Shown here: one piece after another, positions 45,763-54,676 of the stretch
Layout of the letters: every line of letters starts with the position of its first letter
Position numbering within the stretch: the first letter of the stretch is position 1
NCBI GenBank assembly: GCA_963817985.1
Contig: CAWFQI010000005.1
Span: 35,731-99,730, forward strand
Length of the DNA: 64,000 bases
Source of the DNA: an uncultured Acidimicrobiaceae bacterium
GTDB lineage: Bacteria; Actinomycetota; Acidimicrobiia; Acidimicrobiales; RAAP-2
Direction: 5' to 3'
Made by a program: the position numbers and the translations under genes
The notes under the pieces: generated by a model
Seen by the model: the letters and a program-made list of their open reading frames with translations, nothing else
What the model was told of the DNA's origin: nothing
Databases searched by the model: none

Positions 45763-47391
45763 TCAGCCTGTCGGCGTGATGGTGACGGCCACGGTGGCCG
45801 CACCTGCACTGTTGGTCACAGCCACCCGGTCCGCGCCGGGAGCCGAACGGACGACACCGCCCGAGACCGTGACTTGGTACCCGTGGGGATAGACCATCGA
45901 CACCGGTACGGCGATCACCGTCGGTGCCTCGATGTCTGGGGTGGGCACGTAGTACAGGTGGAACTCCCTCGTGTCAGGATCGAAGGCGAACGAAACCGGT
46001 GTGCCCGCCACCGCCTGGGGGTAGACGCGGGCCAGGGCACTGGCTGCCGGTGACAACGATCCGTCCGACTCGACCAGAGCTTCGGCCGAACTCCCCGTCG
46101 GATCGCGGTAGTACTTCCACTGCCAATAGGTCCAGCCGAGTTGCAGCTCGTCGGCGATCTTGGTCAGGCGTTCCATGAGTGGCTCGCTCGTGGTGGCACC
46201 GAACTCGCTCATGAACCAGGCCGGGCCCTCGGGTTGCTTGACCGTGGCGATGTCCGGTCGCTCCTCGCTGCGTCGCTGCATGGTACGGAGCTCCTGGTCG
46301 GCACAGGCGTTGAGGTCGGTGGGGTTGCCCGTGACCCCGCTGCGCAGCCCGCAATAGTCATGGAAGTTGAAGACCAGATTCTTGAAGTCCATGGGCCCGA
46401 TGTCGTTGGGGTGGCCAGAGCTGGCGAAGATGTCCGGCTCGAAGAAGACCAGCTTCTTCGGAGCAACATTCCGCATGGTGGCAATCAGGCCGACCGCCGG
46501 GTCGGCGGAGGGACAGGTGAGCACGCTTCCGTCGATGATGCTGCGCCCGGGATGAGCCGCCCCCGTGTAGAGACACTCGAGGTGGTCAGCCACCTCCGTC
46601 GATCCAGGGAGGAGGGTCTTGGTGAAGGGCTCGTTGATGGGGTCGAATCCGACCACCCACGGGTTGTTCCGGAAGTGGGAAGCGGCCGCCTTCCACGATC
46701 GGATGTACTCCCCCTGCAGGTCACCGACCACGTCGTTGGTCCAGAAGTTGAGGACCGAAGAGATCAGGGCAGGATCGTTATAGGTGTTCGACCAGCGTCC
46801 CGGCAGCGTCCCGATGGTGTGGCCGTCGCTGCACACCGCCCAGGCCGGTGCCCCTTCGCCTCCGAACTCGGAGCTGTAGACGTCTTCGTGCATGTCGAGC
46901 AACGTGTAGATGTGGTATTTCCCCAGTAGCGCAACGGTTTTGGCCACCCTGGCCAGATAGGCGGTAGCCACGGACTGGTTGTACTGGTGGGGATCGTGGG
47001 GTGCTCCCGGCGTGCACACCTCGGGGCTGTTGGGACCGAGGGTCCCCGGCTCGATGCCCTGCCAGATGATGCCCAGGCGCACCACGTTGAAGCCGAGCGA
47101 GGCCATGCGGGCGGCATCGGCGGCAGTGAAGTTCCACGGCTTGCCGGGATCGGCGTACAGCTCATAGGGGGCCCGCTTGTAGACCGCGTTCACCCCGCGG
47201 AGGAAGACGACGCGGCCATGCTCGTCGGTCATATACGGCCCTCCCAGGGCCTGGAGCGGTCCCGAGACCACGGTGTCGTCGGCAGGGAGGGGTTTGACCC
47301 CGCTCGACGACTCCGACGCGTAACCAACGGTGATCCCCACCAGGGCGATGATGACGGCTAGGCCGACTACGAGACGTCGGGAGACCGGCAT
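45763..47391 (-). CDS. Glycoside hydrolase family 5 protein (endoglycosylceramidase/cellulase-like), membrane-anchored or secreted
   Basis: I placed the start at ATG 47391 (MPVSRRLVVGLAVIIALVG...). Acid/base motif FDPINEPF and nucleophile motif FMSEFG. The 208-aa upstream extension in the ORF track is low-complexity and overlaps the divergent gene. Confidence 0.8.
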   Translation of the reverse strand: MPVSRRLVVGLAVIIALVGITVGYASESSSGVKPLPADDTVVSGPLQALGGPYMTDEHGRVVFLRGVNAVYKRAPYELYADPGKPWNFTAADAARMASLGFNVVRLGIIWQGIEPGTLGPNSPEVCTPGAPHDPHQYNQSVATAYLARVAKTVALLGKYHIYTLLDMHEDVYSSEFGGEGAPAWAVCSDGHTIGTLPGRWSNTYNDPALISSVLNFWTNDVVGDLQGEYIRSWKAAASHFRNNPWVVGFDPINEPFTKTLLPGSTEVADHLECLYTGAAHPGRSIIDGSVLTCPSADPAVGLIATMRNVAPKKLVFFEPDIFASSGHPNDIGPMDFKNLVFNFHDYCGLRSGVTGNPTDLNACADQELRTMQRRSEERPDIATVKQPEGPAWFMSEFGATTSEPLMERLTKIADELQLGWTYWQWKYYRDPTGSSAEALVESDGSLSPAASALARVYPQAVAGTPVSFAFDPDTREFHLYYVPTPDIEAPTVIAVPVSMVYPHGYQVTVSGGVVRSAPGADRVAVTNSAGAATVAVTITPTG

Positions 47392-47497
47392 TGGTGCATA
47401 GTACGACGTGCACCCCCTGATTGGGCCCATCCGACGAGGCCCACCGGTGGGGTAACCGCCCAGGTTGCTGCGCCGGCTCGCACAAGGAGGAACCCCG

Positions 47498-49816
47498 ATG
47501 AGCACAACGGAACCTGACGTCTCCGCCACTACCTCCGCCCCTCCGTCGTCCCGCATCCTCGACGGCCTCCACGTGGTCGACTGCTCCGAGGGACTCGCCG
47601 GCCCGGTCGCTGCGCTGCTCCTGGCCGAAGCGGGTGCCGACGTGGTGAAGGTGGAGCGTCCAGGAGGCGACCCGACGAGGGGGACGCCCGCCTTCCTCAC
47701 CTGGAACCGCAGCAAGCGGAGCGTGGTGGTCGAACTCGACACCGAGGGTGGGCGAGCCGATCTCCACCGCATGCTCGCCGGGGCCGACATCCTGATCCAC
47801 GGCTTCACGCCGACCGAAGCCGACCGACTGGGGCTGAGCGACACGTCGTTGGCCCACACCCATCCCGATCTGATTACGGCGTCGGTGCTGGCGTGGCCGG
47901 AAGGCCACCCGAGTGCTGCGGGTGCCGCCGATGACCTCTTGGTGAGTGCCAGGCTCGGGCTGTGTGACGAACAAGAGGGCCACCGCGAGGGACCGGTGTT
48001 CCTGCGTGCACCCATCGGCAGCTGGTGCGCCGCCTACCTGGTCACGATCGGCATCCTCGCCCGCCTGGTCCAGCGCCACCGGGGCGGGGCCGGAGGGGGA
48101 CCCGTCCACACCAGCCTGGCCCAGGGGGCACTCCTACCGACCATGATGCACTGGGCCCGGGCGGAGCAGCCCGGGCCGATGTTCGAGTTCGGCCTGCCAA
48201 AAGAGCTCCGGCCATCGCTCTTCCGATGTGGTGACGGCATCTGGGTCCATCTCATGCGCTGTGCCGACGCCGACTCCCCGCTCATGAGGGCCGGTCTGGC
48301 CATCTTGGGCGAGGACGGGGTGGCCCGGGCCAATGCCGCGTGTAGCGGGCTCACGATGCCTGGGTTCCCCAACTTCGGTGCCAACCAGGCCGTGTTCGAC
48401 ACCCGGCCCAGCACGGAATGGCTGGATGACTTCTGGGCCCATGACATCCCGGCCCAGGTGGCAGCCCCGTTCGGGGCCATCCTGTCCGACCACCAGGCCC
48501 AGCTCAACGACTATGTGACCCGGGTCAAAGACCCCCTCGGTGAGCTCGTCCAGGCCGGGACACCCTTTGCCACCGAGCCGCCTTCCAGGGTCACCGGACC
48601 CGCCCCCCGACTCGGTCAGCACACTGACGAGGTGCTGGATCACGGGCCACCTTCCCGTCGGTTCCCATCGACACCGGTCGGACCTGGTGTCCGCGCACCT
48701 CTCGAAGGCCTCCGGGTGCTCGACTTGGGAAACTTCCTCGCCGGGCCGCTCAGCCCCATGCTCATGGCCGATCTCGGAGCCGACGTGGTGAAGGTCGAAG
48801 CCACCTCCGGTGACCAGATGCGTCCGATCCAGCGGGTATTCGCCTCGTGCCAACGAGGGAAGCGAGGAGTGGCCCTCGACCTCAAGTCACCCGACGCCGG
48901 GGCGGCGTTGGAGGCTCTGGTCAGTTGGGCCGACGTGGTCCACCACAACCTGCGCCTGCCGGCAGCCCGCCGGCTCGGTATCGACTACGAGCGCGTGCAG
49001 CGCATCCACCCTGACGTCGTCTACTGCCACGCCAGCTCGTACGGGCCGAAGGGTGAGCGGGCTGACTGGCCCGGCTACGACCAGCTTTTCCAGGCGTCGG
49101 CCGGATGGGAGGTCCTCGGTGGCGGCGAGGAGAACGATCCCATGTGGCTCCGGTTCGGCTTCATGGACCACCTCTGCGCCATGGCGTCGACCGTCGCCAC
49201 CCTGCTCGCCGTGTTCCACCGGGACCGCACCGGCACGGGCCAGCAGGTCACGGGCTCGCTTCTCGGCGCCGGCGTGCTGACCAACAGCGAGACCTACCTG
49301 GATGGATCTGGTCGGGCCGCCCCGGTGCCCACCGTGGACCACGAACAGATGGGCACAGCACCCGGTCACCGGCTCTACCGGCTGTCCGATGGATGGATGG
49401 CGCTCCACGCCGTCAGCGAAGCCGAGATGGCCGCGTGCTGCTCGGTCCTCGGCGCACACCGGCCGGACGCGCTCGAAGAGTCACTGGCCGGCAAGGCAAC
49501 TGATCCCACCGTTGAAGCCCTGCGGGCTGTCGGCGTGTCCTGTGAGCGAGTCCGTTTCGACCAGGGCGAGTCCTTCCTCGACGACCCGGTGATGCGCGAG
49601 CTTGGCCTCGTGGCGAGCTATCACCACGCCGAATGGGGCCTGCTCGAACAGGTAGGTGCCTTCTGGGACTTCGGGGAGCTCGAGGTGTCCCTCGACCGGG
49701 CGCCCCCCTCGCTCGGCCAACACACCGTCGAGGTCCTCACCGAGGTGGGTCTCGACCCTTCGGCTATCGACGACCTCCTCGAACGGTCGGTCGTTGTGCA
49801 GTCGCCGTCAGTCTGA
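47498..49816 (+). CDS. Family III CoA-transferase (CaiB/BaiF), tandem two-domain fusion
   Basis: ATG 47498 after AAGGAGG. Two copies of the N-terminal signature: LDGLHVVDCSEGLAGPVAALLLAEAGADVVKVE and LEGLRVLDLGNFLAGPLSPMLMADLGADVVKVE. Confidence 0.85.
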   Translation: MSTTEPDVSATTSAPPSSRILDGLHVVDCSEGLAGPVAALLLAEAGADVVKVERPGGDPTRGTPAFLTWNRSKRSVVVELDTEGGRADLHRMLAGADILIHGFTPTEADRLGLSDTSLAHTHPDLITASVLAWPEGHPSAAGAADDLLVSARLGLCDEQEGHREGPVFLRAPIGSWCAAYLVTIGILARLVQRHRGGAGGGPVHTSLAQGALLPTMMHWARAEQPGPMFEFGLPKELRPSLFRCGDGIWVHLMRCADADSPLMRAGLAILGEDGVARANAACSGLTMPGFPNFGANQAVFDTRPSTEWLDDFWAHDIPAQVAAPFGAILSDHQAQLNDYVTRVKDPLGELVQAGTPFATEPPSRVTGPAPRLGQHTDEVLDHGPPSRRFPSTPVGPGVRAPLEGLRVLDLGNFLAGPLSPMLMADLGADVVKVEATSGDQMRPIQRVFASCQRGKRGVALDLKSPDAGAALEALVSWADVVHHNLRLPAARRLGIDYERVQRIHPDVVYCHASSYGPKGERADWPGYDQLFQASAGWEVLGGGEENDPMWLRFGFMDHLCAMASTVATLLAVFHRDRTGTGQQVTGSLLGAGVLTNSETYLDGSGRAAPVPTVDHEQMGTAPGHRLYRLSDGWMALHAVSEAEMAACCSVLGAHRPDALEESLAGKATDPTVEALRAVGVSCERVRFDQGESFLDDPVMRELGLVASYHHAEWGLLEQVGAFWDFGELEVSLDRAPPSLGQHTVEVLTEVGLDPSAIDDLLERSVVVQSPSV

Positions 49817-51044
49817 TCCGGCCGGAGCCGACAGCGCCTGGACGAGGACGTCAACGTCGCCGAGCGACCGCAGGGTGTCATTCAGGTGGGTGCAGGTCGA
49901 CGTGCCCTTGAACTCCCGGCGGACGTAGTTTCGGAGCTCGGCGACGGGCATACCCGACAGCCGGCCGGCACTGGCCAGGGCACCCGGACACTCCATCCAT
50001 GGCAGTACCTGGGCACGGGCCTCGATGTCCTCCACCCGAGACCCGTCCCGGTCGACGGTTCCGACCACCGAGTACTCATGCACCACGGATTCGTCCCCCG
50101 ACTCGTCCACGTGGCTGTCCCGGAAGTGGGCATCGATGCCGTACCGGTGGTTGGTGCCCTCGGGTGCCGTCACATCCAGCCGGCGGCGGCGGCGCATGCC
50201 GTGGGGAGGGAGCGGCTCCATGACGTGCCAGGCCAGCGGGTCGTCGACGGGCTCGAGCACCGGCGCGGGGAGGCCCGGTCGGGACCGGAATCTCGCCGGT
50301 CTTGCGGATCGACACCATCATGGATCCCTCGTGGGCCCATCCCGCGGAGAGGTCGTCTTGGGCCGCCATCATCCGGGCCAGGTCGGGCAGTTCTCTACCG
50401 CTGGTCGATTGTGGGTGGCGGCTTCGCCGGAAGGTCCCGGCCCGCTGCAGGGCGTAGCCCGAGACCAACGTGGCCCCGGGCAGGTCATCCAACAGGAGGT
50501 GGAGCAGTGTCCCGGCTCGCTGCTCCTCGGGGAAGAGCTCGTTGATCTTCGCCCGGAAGCCCGACCCCACGAAGGTACCGAGCAGCTCCTCCAACCCTTG
50601 AGTATGAGGAGTGGCGACGATCTCGACCAGCTGTCGGCTGGCCCCGTCGATACGGGCCCGAAGCTCCACCTCGGCGAGGACCAAGCCCGCGAGGTCAGGT
50701 CCGGTTCGGAGATCACGCGCGCGGGCCACGACGACCGAGTCCCCGGCCAACCCGTCGGGCCGGGTCGTATCGATGCTGGAGGTCCTACGGACCGAACCGG
50801 GGCATCGGCCGACCGTGGTTCGCACTGGATCGTGCGGACCCGCGGCCTCGGGGAGGAAGACCACTACGGGCGCAGCCGGAACGACGTGGTCGACGGCACC
50901 GACTCCATTCCCGAACCCTATCCCCGGCTGGGCTGACGCCGACCACGTTGGAGGGTCGGGCCTGTCCCACTCGGCGACAGGAGTGGGCCTGGAGCTATCG
51001 TCGCAGCGGTGACTGGCCATTGCGAGGGCTACGGGGGCGGGCAA
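49808..51044 (-). pseudogene. DUF2889-like protein split by a frameshift at a GGGG run (50267-50270)
   Basis: The N-terminal part (...SVRRTSSIDTT...ARARDLRT...LLHLLLDDLPGATLVSGYA...SAGWAHEGSMM...) is in one frame. The C-terminal part (...MRRRRRLDV...HFRDSH...HEYSV...LPWMECPGA...TCTHLNDTLRSL) is in another. The start is uncertain. Confidence 0.7.
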
Positions 51045-51264
51045 GGTCCTCGTAGGTGTGTGGGTAAGGCCACCGACGCGTCAGCGACGAATCTCCGGGT
51101 CCGGCCACCTCCCACCAGTCCCGTCGAGCCCCCCGACCCCATCGTGGGGCCGACGTCGCTCGGGTTGGGGCGTGCAGTCCCCCGTGGCCGGCTTCGAGTA
51201 CATGTCGCCAGCGTCGAGCTAACCACCGCCTGCGCCTTCGGGTTCCACGTACCGGGGGCCCGCT

Positions 51265-52503
51265 GTGCCTGACCCCTCGTCTGAGCGGTCAGGGACAGAC
51301 CTGTCCTGGCCGGCCGGCTTCCTGTGGGGCAGCGGGGCATCCTCGACCCAGTGCGAAGGCGCCGCGCCAGCGTCTGACTGGTGGGCATGGGAGCGTTCGG
51401 GCCATGCCCCGCTGTCCGGTGACGGCAACGGGTTCTCCTCCCGGTACGCCGAGGACTTCACCCTGTTGGCCGGGCTCGGGTTAACCCACCACCGCCTGTC
51501 CCTCGAGTGGGCCCGGCTGGAGCCCGTCGAAGGCACCCACGATGCCCGGGCGGTGTCCCACTACCGGGACGTGCTGACTGCAGCCCGGGAGGCCGGGGTC
51601 ACTCCATGGGTCTGCCTGCACCACTTCACCCTGCCGGCGTGGTTTCTCGACGCGGGCGGCTTCACAATCGAGCACAACCGGACCGATACCTGGCGCCGCC
51701 ACGTGGACTTCGTGGCCGAGACATTCGGTGATCTGGTCGGGGGGTGGCAGCCTGTCAACGAGACCAACTACTACGCCCGGGCCGCCTACGGCGGGCGCGG
51801 TTGGCCCCCCGGCCATGATGATCGCACGGAGGTGGCGCTGGTCCACGAGGCGATCCACCTGGCCGCCGCCGAAGCCGGCCTCCTCCTCGGCCAGACCGGC
51901 GCCCCGGTCGCCTCCATCGCGGGCCTCTCGCCCATCGTGCCCCACGACGACGACCCCGACACGGTGGCCCTCGCCCAAACGCTCTTCGACTACTACTGGG
52001 AGCCAGGTATCGGTCTGTTCCGCGACGGCGTGCTCCGGGTGCCCGGACGCACGCCGGTCGACCGACCCGACCTGGCGGGATCGGTGGACATGATCGGGTT
52101 CTCGTACTACGCGGCCATGGGGGTACGCCACGGCCGGCTGGCCATCCATCCCCCCGACGCACCGGTGTCCCCGCTGGTCTACGGCATCTGGGCCGACGGA
52201 GTGGGGCTGGTGCTCGACCGCCTGCACGCCGAACTCCCGGGCACACCCCTGCTCGTGGCGGAGTACGGCATCGGAACCCACGACGACGCCGAGCGGACCG
52301 CCTACCTCGAACGCGGGCTGGTCGTGGTGAACGAGGCCATCGCCCGCGGTATCGATGTGCGCGGTTTGTTCCACTGGACCGCAGTGGACAACTACGAGTG
52401 GCTCCACGGCTTCGACGTGGCCTTCGGGATCATCGACCCCGACCGCAACGTGCGCCCGAGCGCACAGGTCCTAAAGCGCCAGGCCCTGGCCGAGTCCTCC
52501 TAG
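51265..52503 (+). CDS. Glycoside hydrolase family 1 (beta-glucosidase-like) protein
   Basis: FLWGSGASSTQCEG N-terminus, an acid/base region VNETNYY and a nucleophile region VAEYGIG. These are divergent from the canonical NEP/ENG motifs, but the glutamates are retained. Confidence 0.75.
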   Translation: MPDPSSERSGTDLSWPAGFLWGSGASSTQCEGAAPASDWWAWERSGHAPLSGDGNGFSSRYAEDFTLLAGLGLTHHRLSLEWARLEPVEGTHDARAVSHYRDVLTAAREAGVTPWVCLHHFTLPAWFLDAGGFTIEHNRTDTWRRHVDFVAETFGDLVGGWQPVNETNYYARAAYGGRGWPPGHDDRTEVALVHEAIHLAAAEAGLLLGQTGAPVASIAGLSPIVPHDDDPDTVALAQTLFDYYWEPGIGLFRDGVLRVPGRTPVDRPDLAGSVDMIGFSYYAAMGVRHGRLAIHPPDAPVSPLVYGIWADGVGLVLDRLHAELPGTPLLVAEYGIGTHDDAERTAYLERGLVVVNEAIARGIDVRGLFHWTAVDNYEWLHGFDVAFGIIDPDRNVRPSAQVLKRQALAESS

Positions 52504-52594
52504 GCAACGCCTTCACCCGGTACCGGATGGCGGGTGATCGACTCGACGATCAGTACCACTGCCGACAGCGTCTGATCAGGCCAGTCCACGCCGG

Positions 52595-54337
52595 TCAGGC
52601 CGACCGGCGTCCCCGCACCAACTGACCGGGGAGTGCCCCGGTCGTCTCGTCGTGGTCGATGACCTGGGTTCCGCTGACGAAGGTGGCCACGTAGCCCTCG
52701 GCCCGCTGGACCAACCGTCCGGCGCCGCCGGGGAGGTCGTTGACCTGCTCGGGGTGGACCAGTCGCAGCCGCCCGTGGTCGACCAGGTTGAGATCGGCCT
52801 TCATCCCCGGGGCGATGACCCCCCGGTCCGCGAATCCGTACAGTTCGGCGGGATCGCGGGTCAGCCGACGAACCACTGCCTCCAGTGGCAGGGTGGGCCC
52901 GCGGTGCCGGTCCCGGGCCCAGTGGGTGAGCAGGTAGGTGGTCATGCTGGCGTCGGACACCAGGCCCACATGGGCGCCACCATCACCCAGCCCCTGCACG
53001 GTCGAGGGGTCGAGCATCATCTCGCGGAGGCCGTCGTAGGAACCACCGCCGTAGTTGAGGAGCGGAAGGAGCAGGAACTCGCGGCCGTCGAAGTCGAGGA
53101 GGAGGTCGTAGGCCACCTCCCACGGATCCTTGCCCTGGCGGCGGGCGATCGACGCCACGCTGTCCTCGGGAGCGGGCTCATAGTCGAGGTCGGCGCCGAG
53201 CGGGAAGAGGTTCTCGAACCCACTCCTTCCGAACCGGTCGAGCGCGAACGGCCCGCTGCGGTCGGCCTGCTCACCGAGGATCCTCGACCTGACTTCGGGG
53301 CGCCGCAGTTCGGCCACCCGGCGGTCGAGGGGGAGATCGGCCAGGGCGGCATAGGAGGGTCGGTAGCGGAACGGATTGAGTTTGGACTGGTGTCCCATCA
53401 AGACTCCGAAACAGCGGGATCCGACCTGGGGATGGAGCCGGCCCCCGGCCGCGTTGGCCCGGTGGACGGCATCGAACCAGGGATGCCAGTCCTCAGGTTC
53501 GGGACCACCCTGTTCCATGACGAGAAAGGTCACTGGTTGCCCGCTGGCCCGACCGAGACGGACGATCCACTCGAGCTCCTCGGCCATGGCGCCCCGCCGG
53601 TCGCCGGCCATCTCACCGCCCACCCCGGCCGGGGTCAACTGGAAGACCCCGCCGCCCGCGGCGACCAGCGCGTCCATCATCACCTCGAGCTCGCGCTCGG
53701 GAGCGAACGTTCCCGGAACCGAACCGCCTCCGATGTCTCGGTGGCCTTCTGTCCGGCCCGTGGCGAAGCCGACGGCCCCCGCCGCCACGGCATCGCGGAC
53801 GATGGCTCCCATGGCGGTCAGATCCTCTGCGGTGGCGTCTTGTAGGGCCCGCTCCCCCATCACATAGGAGCGGACGGCCGAGTGGGGGACCTGGGCGGCT
53901 AGATCCATGCTGTGGCCGGTTCGCTCCAGGGCGTCGAGATAGTCGGTAAAGCTCTCCCACTCCCATCGGATGCCCTCGGAGAGCGCGGCACCGGGAATGT
54001 CTTCGACACCCTCCATGATGTCGATGAGCGCCTGGTGGCCGCTGGGGTGGGCGGGGGCGAACCCCACCCCGCAGTTGCCCATGACCGCCGTGGTAACCCC
54101 GTGCCAGCACGACGGCGTGAGGTAGGGATCCCACGTGGCCTGGCCATCGAAGTGGGTGTGGATGTCGACGAAGCCGGGGGTGAGCACGAGACCGTCGGCG
54201 TCGATCGTCCGATGAGCACTGCCGACATCGTGACCGACGGCCACGATGTGCTCGCCCTGGACGGCCACGTCGACCCGCCGGGCCGGGGTGCCGGTGCCGT
54301 CGACCACCTCGGCGCCGCCGATCACCAGGTCATGCAT
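52595..54337 (-). CDS. N-acyl-D-amino-acid deacylase (D-aminoacylase) family amidohydrolase
   Basis: MHDLVIGGAEVVDGTG...GFVDIHTHFDGQ... 580 aa. Paralogue of 1631-3349. Confidence 0.85.
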   Translation of the reverse strand: MHDLVIGGAEVVDGTGTPARRVDVAVQGEHIVAVGHDVGSAHRTIDADGLVLTPGFVDIHTHFDGQATWDPYLTPSCWHGVTTAVMGNCGVGFAPAHPSGHQALIDIMEGVEDIPGAALSEGIRWEWESFTDYLDALERTGHSMDLAAQVPHSAVRSYVMGERALQDATAEDLTAMGAIVRDAVAAGAVGFATGRTEGHRDIGGGSVPGTFAPERELEVMMDALVAAGGGVFQLTPAGVGGEMAGDRRGAMAEELEWIVRLGRASGQPVTFLVMEQGGPEPEDWHPWFDAVHRANAAGGRLHPQVGSRCFGVLMGHQSKLNPFRYRPSYAALADLPLDRRVAELRRPEVRSRILGEQADRSGPFALDRFGRSGFENLFPLGADLDYEPAPEDSVASIARRQGKDPWEVAYDLLLDFDGREFLLLPLLNYGGGSYDGLREMMLDPSTVQGLGDGGAHVGLVSDASMTTYLLTHWARDRHRGPTLPLEAVVRRLTRDPAELYGFADRGVIAPGMKADLNLVDHGRLRLVHPEQVNDLPGGAGRLVQRAEGYVATFVSGTQVIDHDETTGALPGQLVRGRRSA

Positions 54338-54497
54338 ACTCAGGTCCCGAGCGGGCGTCCGAGGTGACAGCGGTCAAAGCGTCGGGCACGGGCACCGTCC
54401 TCTCCGTCGGGGCACGAACGCCCCGCCGGATGTTCACGCTATCGGCGTCGGGACCTGAGGGTCCGCGGCTCCAGCCCGAACCGACCTCGGTGGCCCA

Positions 54498-54534
54498 CGC
54501 GACAGAGGGCGTGACCGCCATGCCCTCTGTCGCG
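54498..54534. promoter_or_regulatory. Perfect 13-bp inverted repeat (CGCGACAGAGGGC-N11-GCCCTCTGTCGCG)
   Basis: Lies in the 339-nt divergent intergenic region between 54337 (-) and 54677 (+). No T-tract follows, so it is more likely an operator or RNA element than a terminator. Confidence 0.4.
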
Positions 54535-54607
54535 CGCTGCCCGGGGCGGCGACTCACCACCGGCTCCCGCCGAGAGGAATCGTCGCGCAGCGGCCAGCGA
54601 AAAGCAC

Positions 54608-54622
54608 GAGAGAATTTCTCTC
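54608..54622. promoter_or_regulatory. 15-bp palindrome GAGAGAA-T-TTCTCTC
   Basis: Perfect 7-bp arms, 55 nt upstream of ATG 54677, in a locally AT-richer stretch. Confidence 0.35.
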
Positions 54623-54676
54623 TGATTATGCGGTAGTACTGTCGCGTAATTGGTTCGAGCGCCCCGAGGAGGCCTC

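Noticed and set aside
45486-45809. 107-aa ORF encoding (SRQPSAV)n
   Set aside because: It is an artefact of the stop-free minus strand of the heptamer array. It overlaps the 3' ends of both flanking genes and has no start context.
47392-48015. N-terminal 208-aa extension of the GH5 ORF (ORF track 45763..48015)
   Set aside because: The extension is Ser/Arg/Pro/Ala-rich and overlaps the divergent CoA-transferase gene. A signal-anchor-like N-terminus begins at ATG 47391.
52652-53845. 397-aa ORF on the plus strand
   Set aside because: It is antisense to the D-aminoacylase paralogue and has no motifs.
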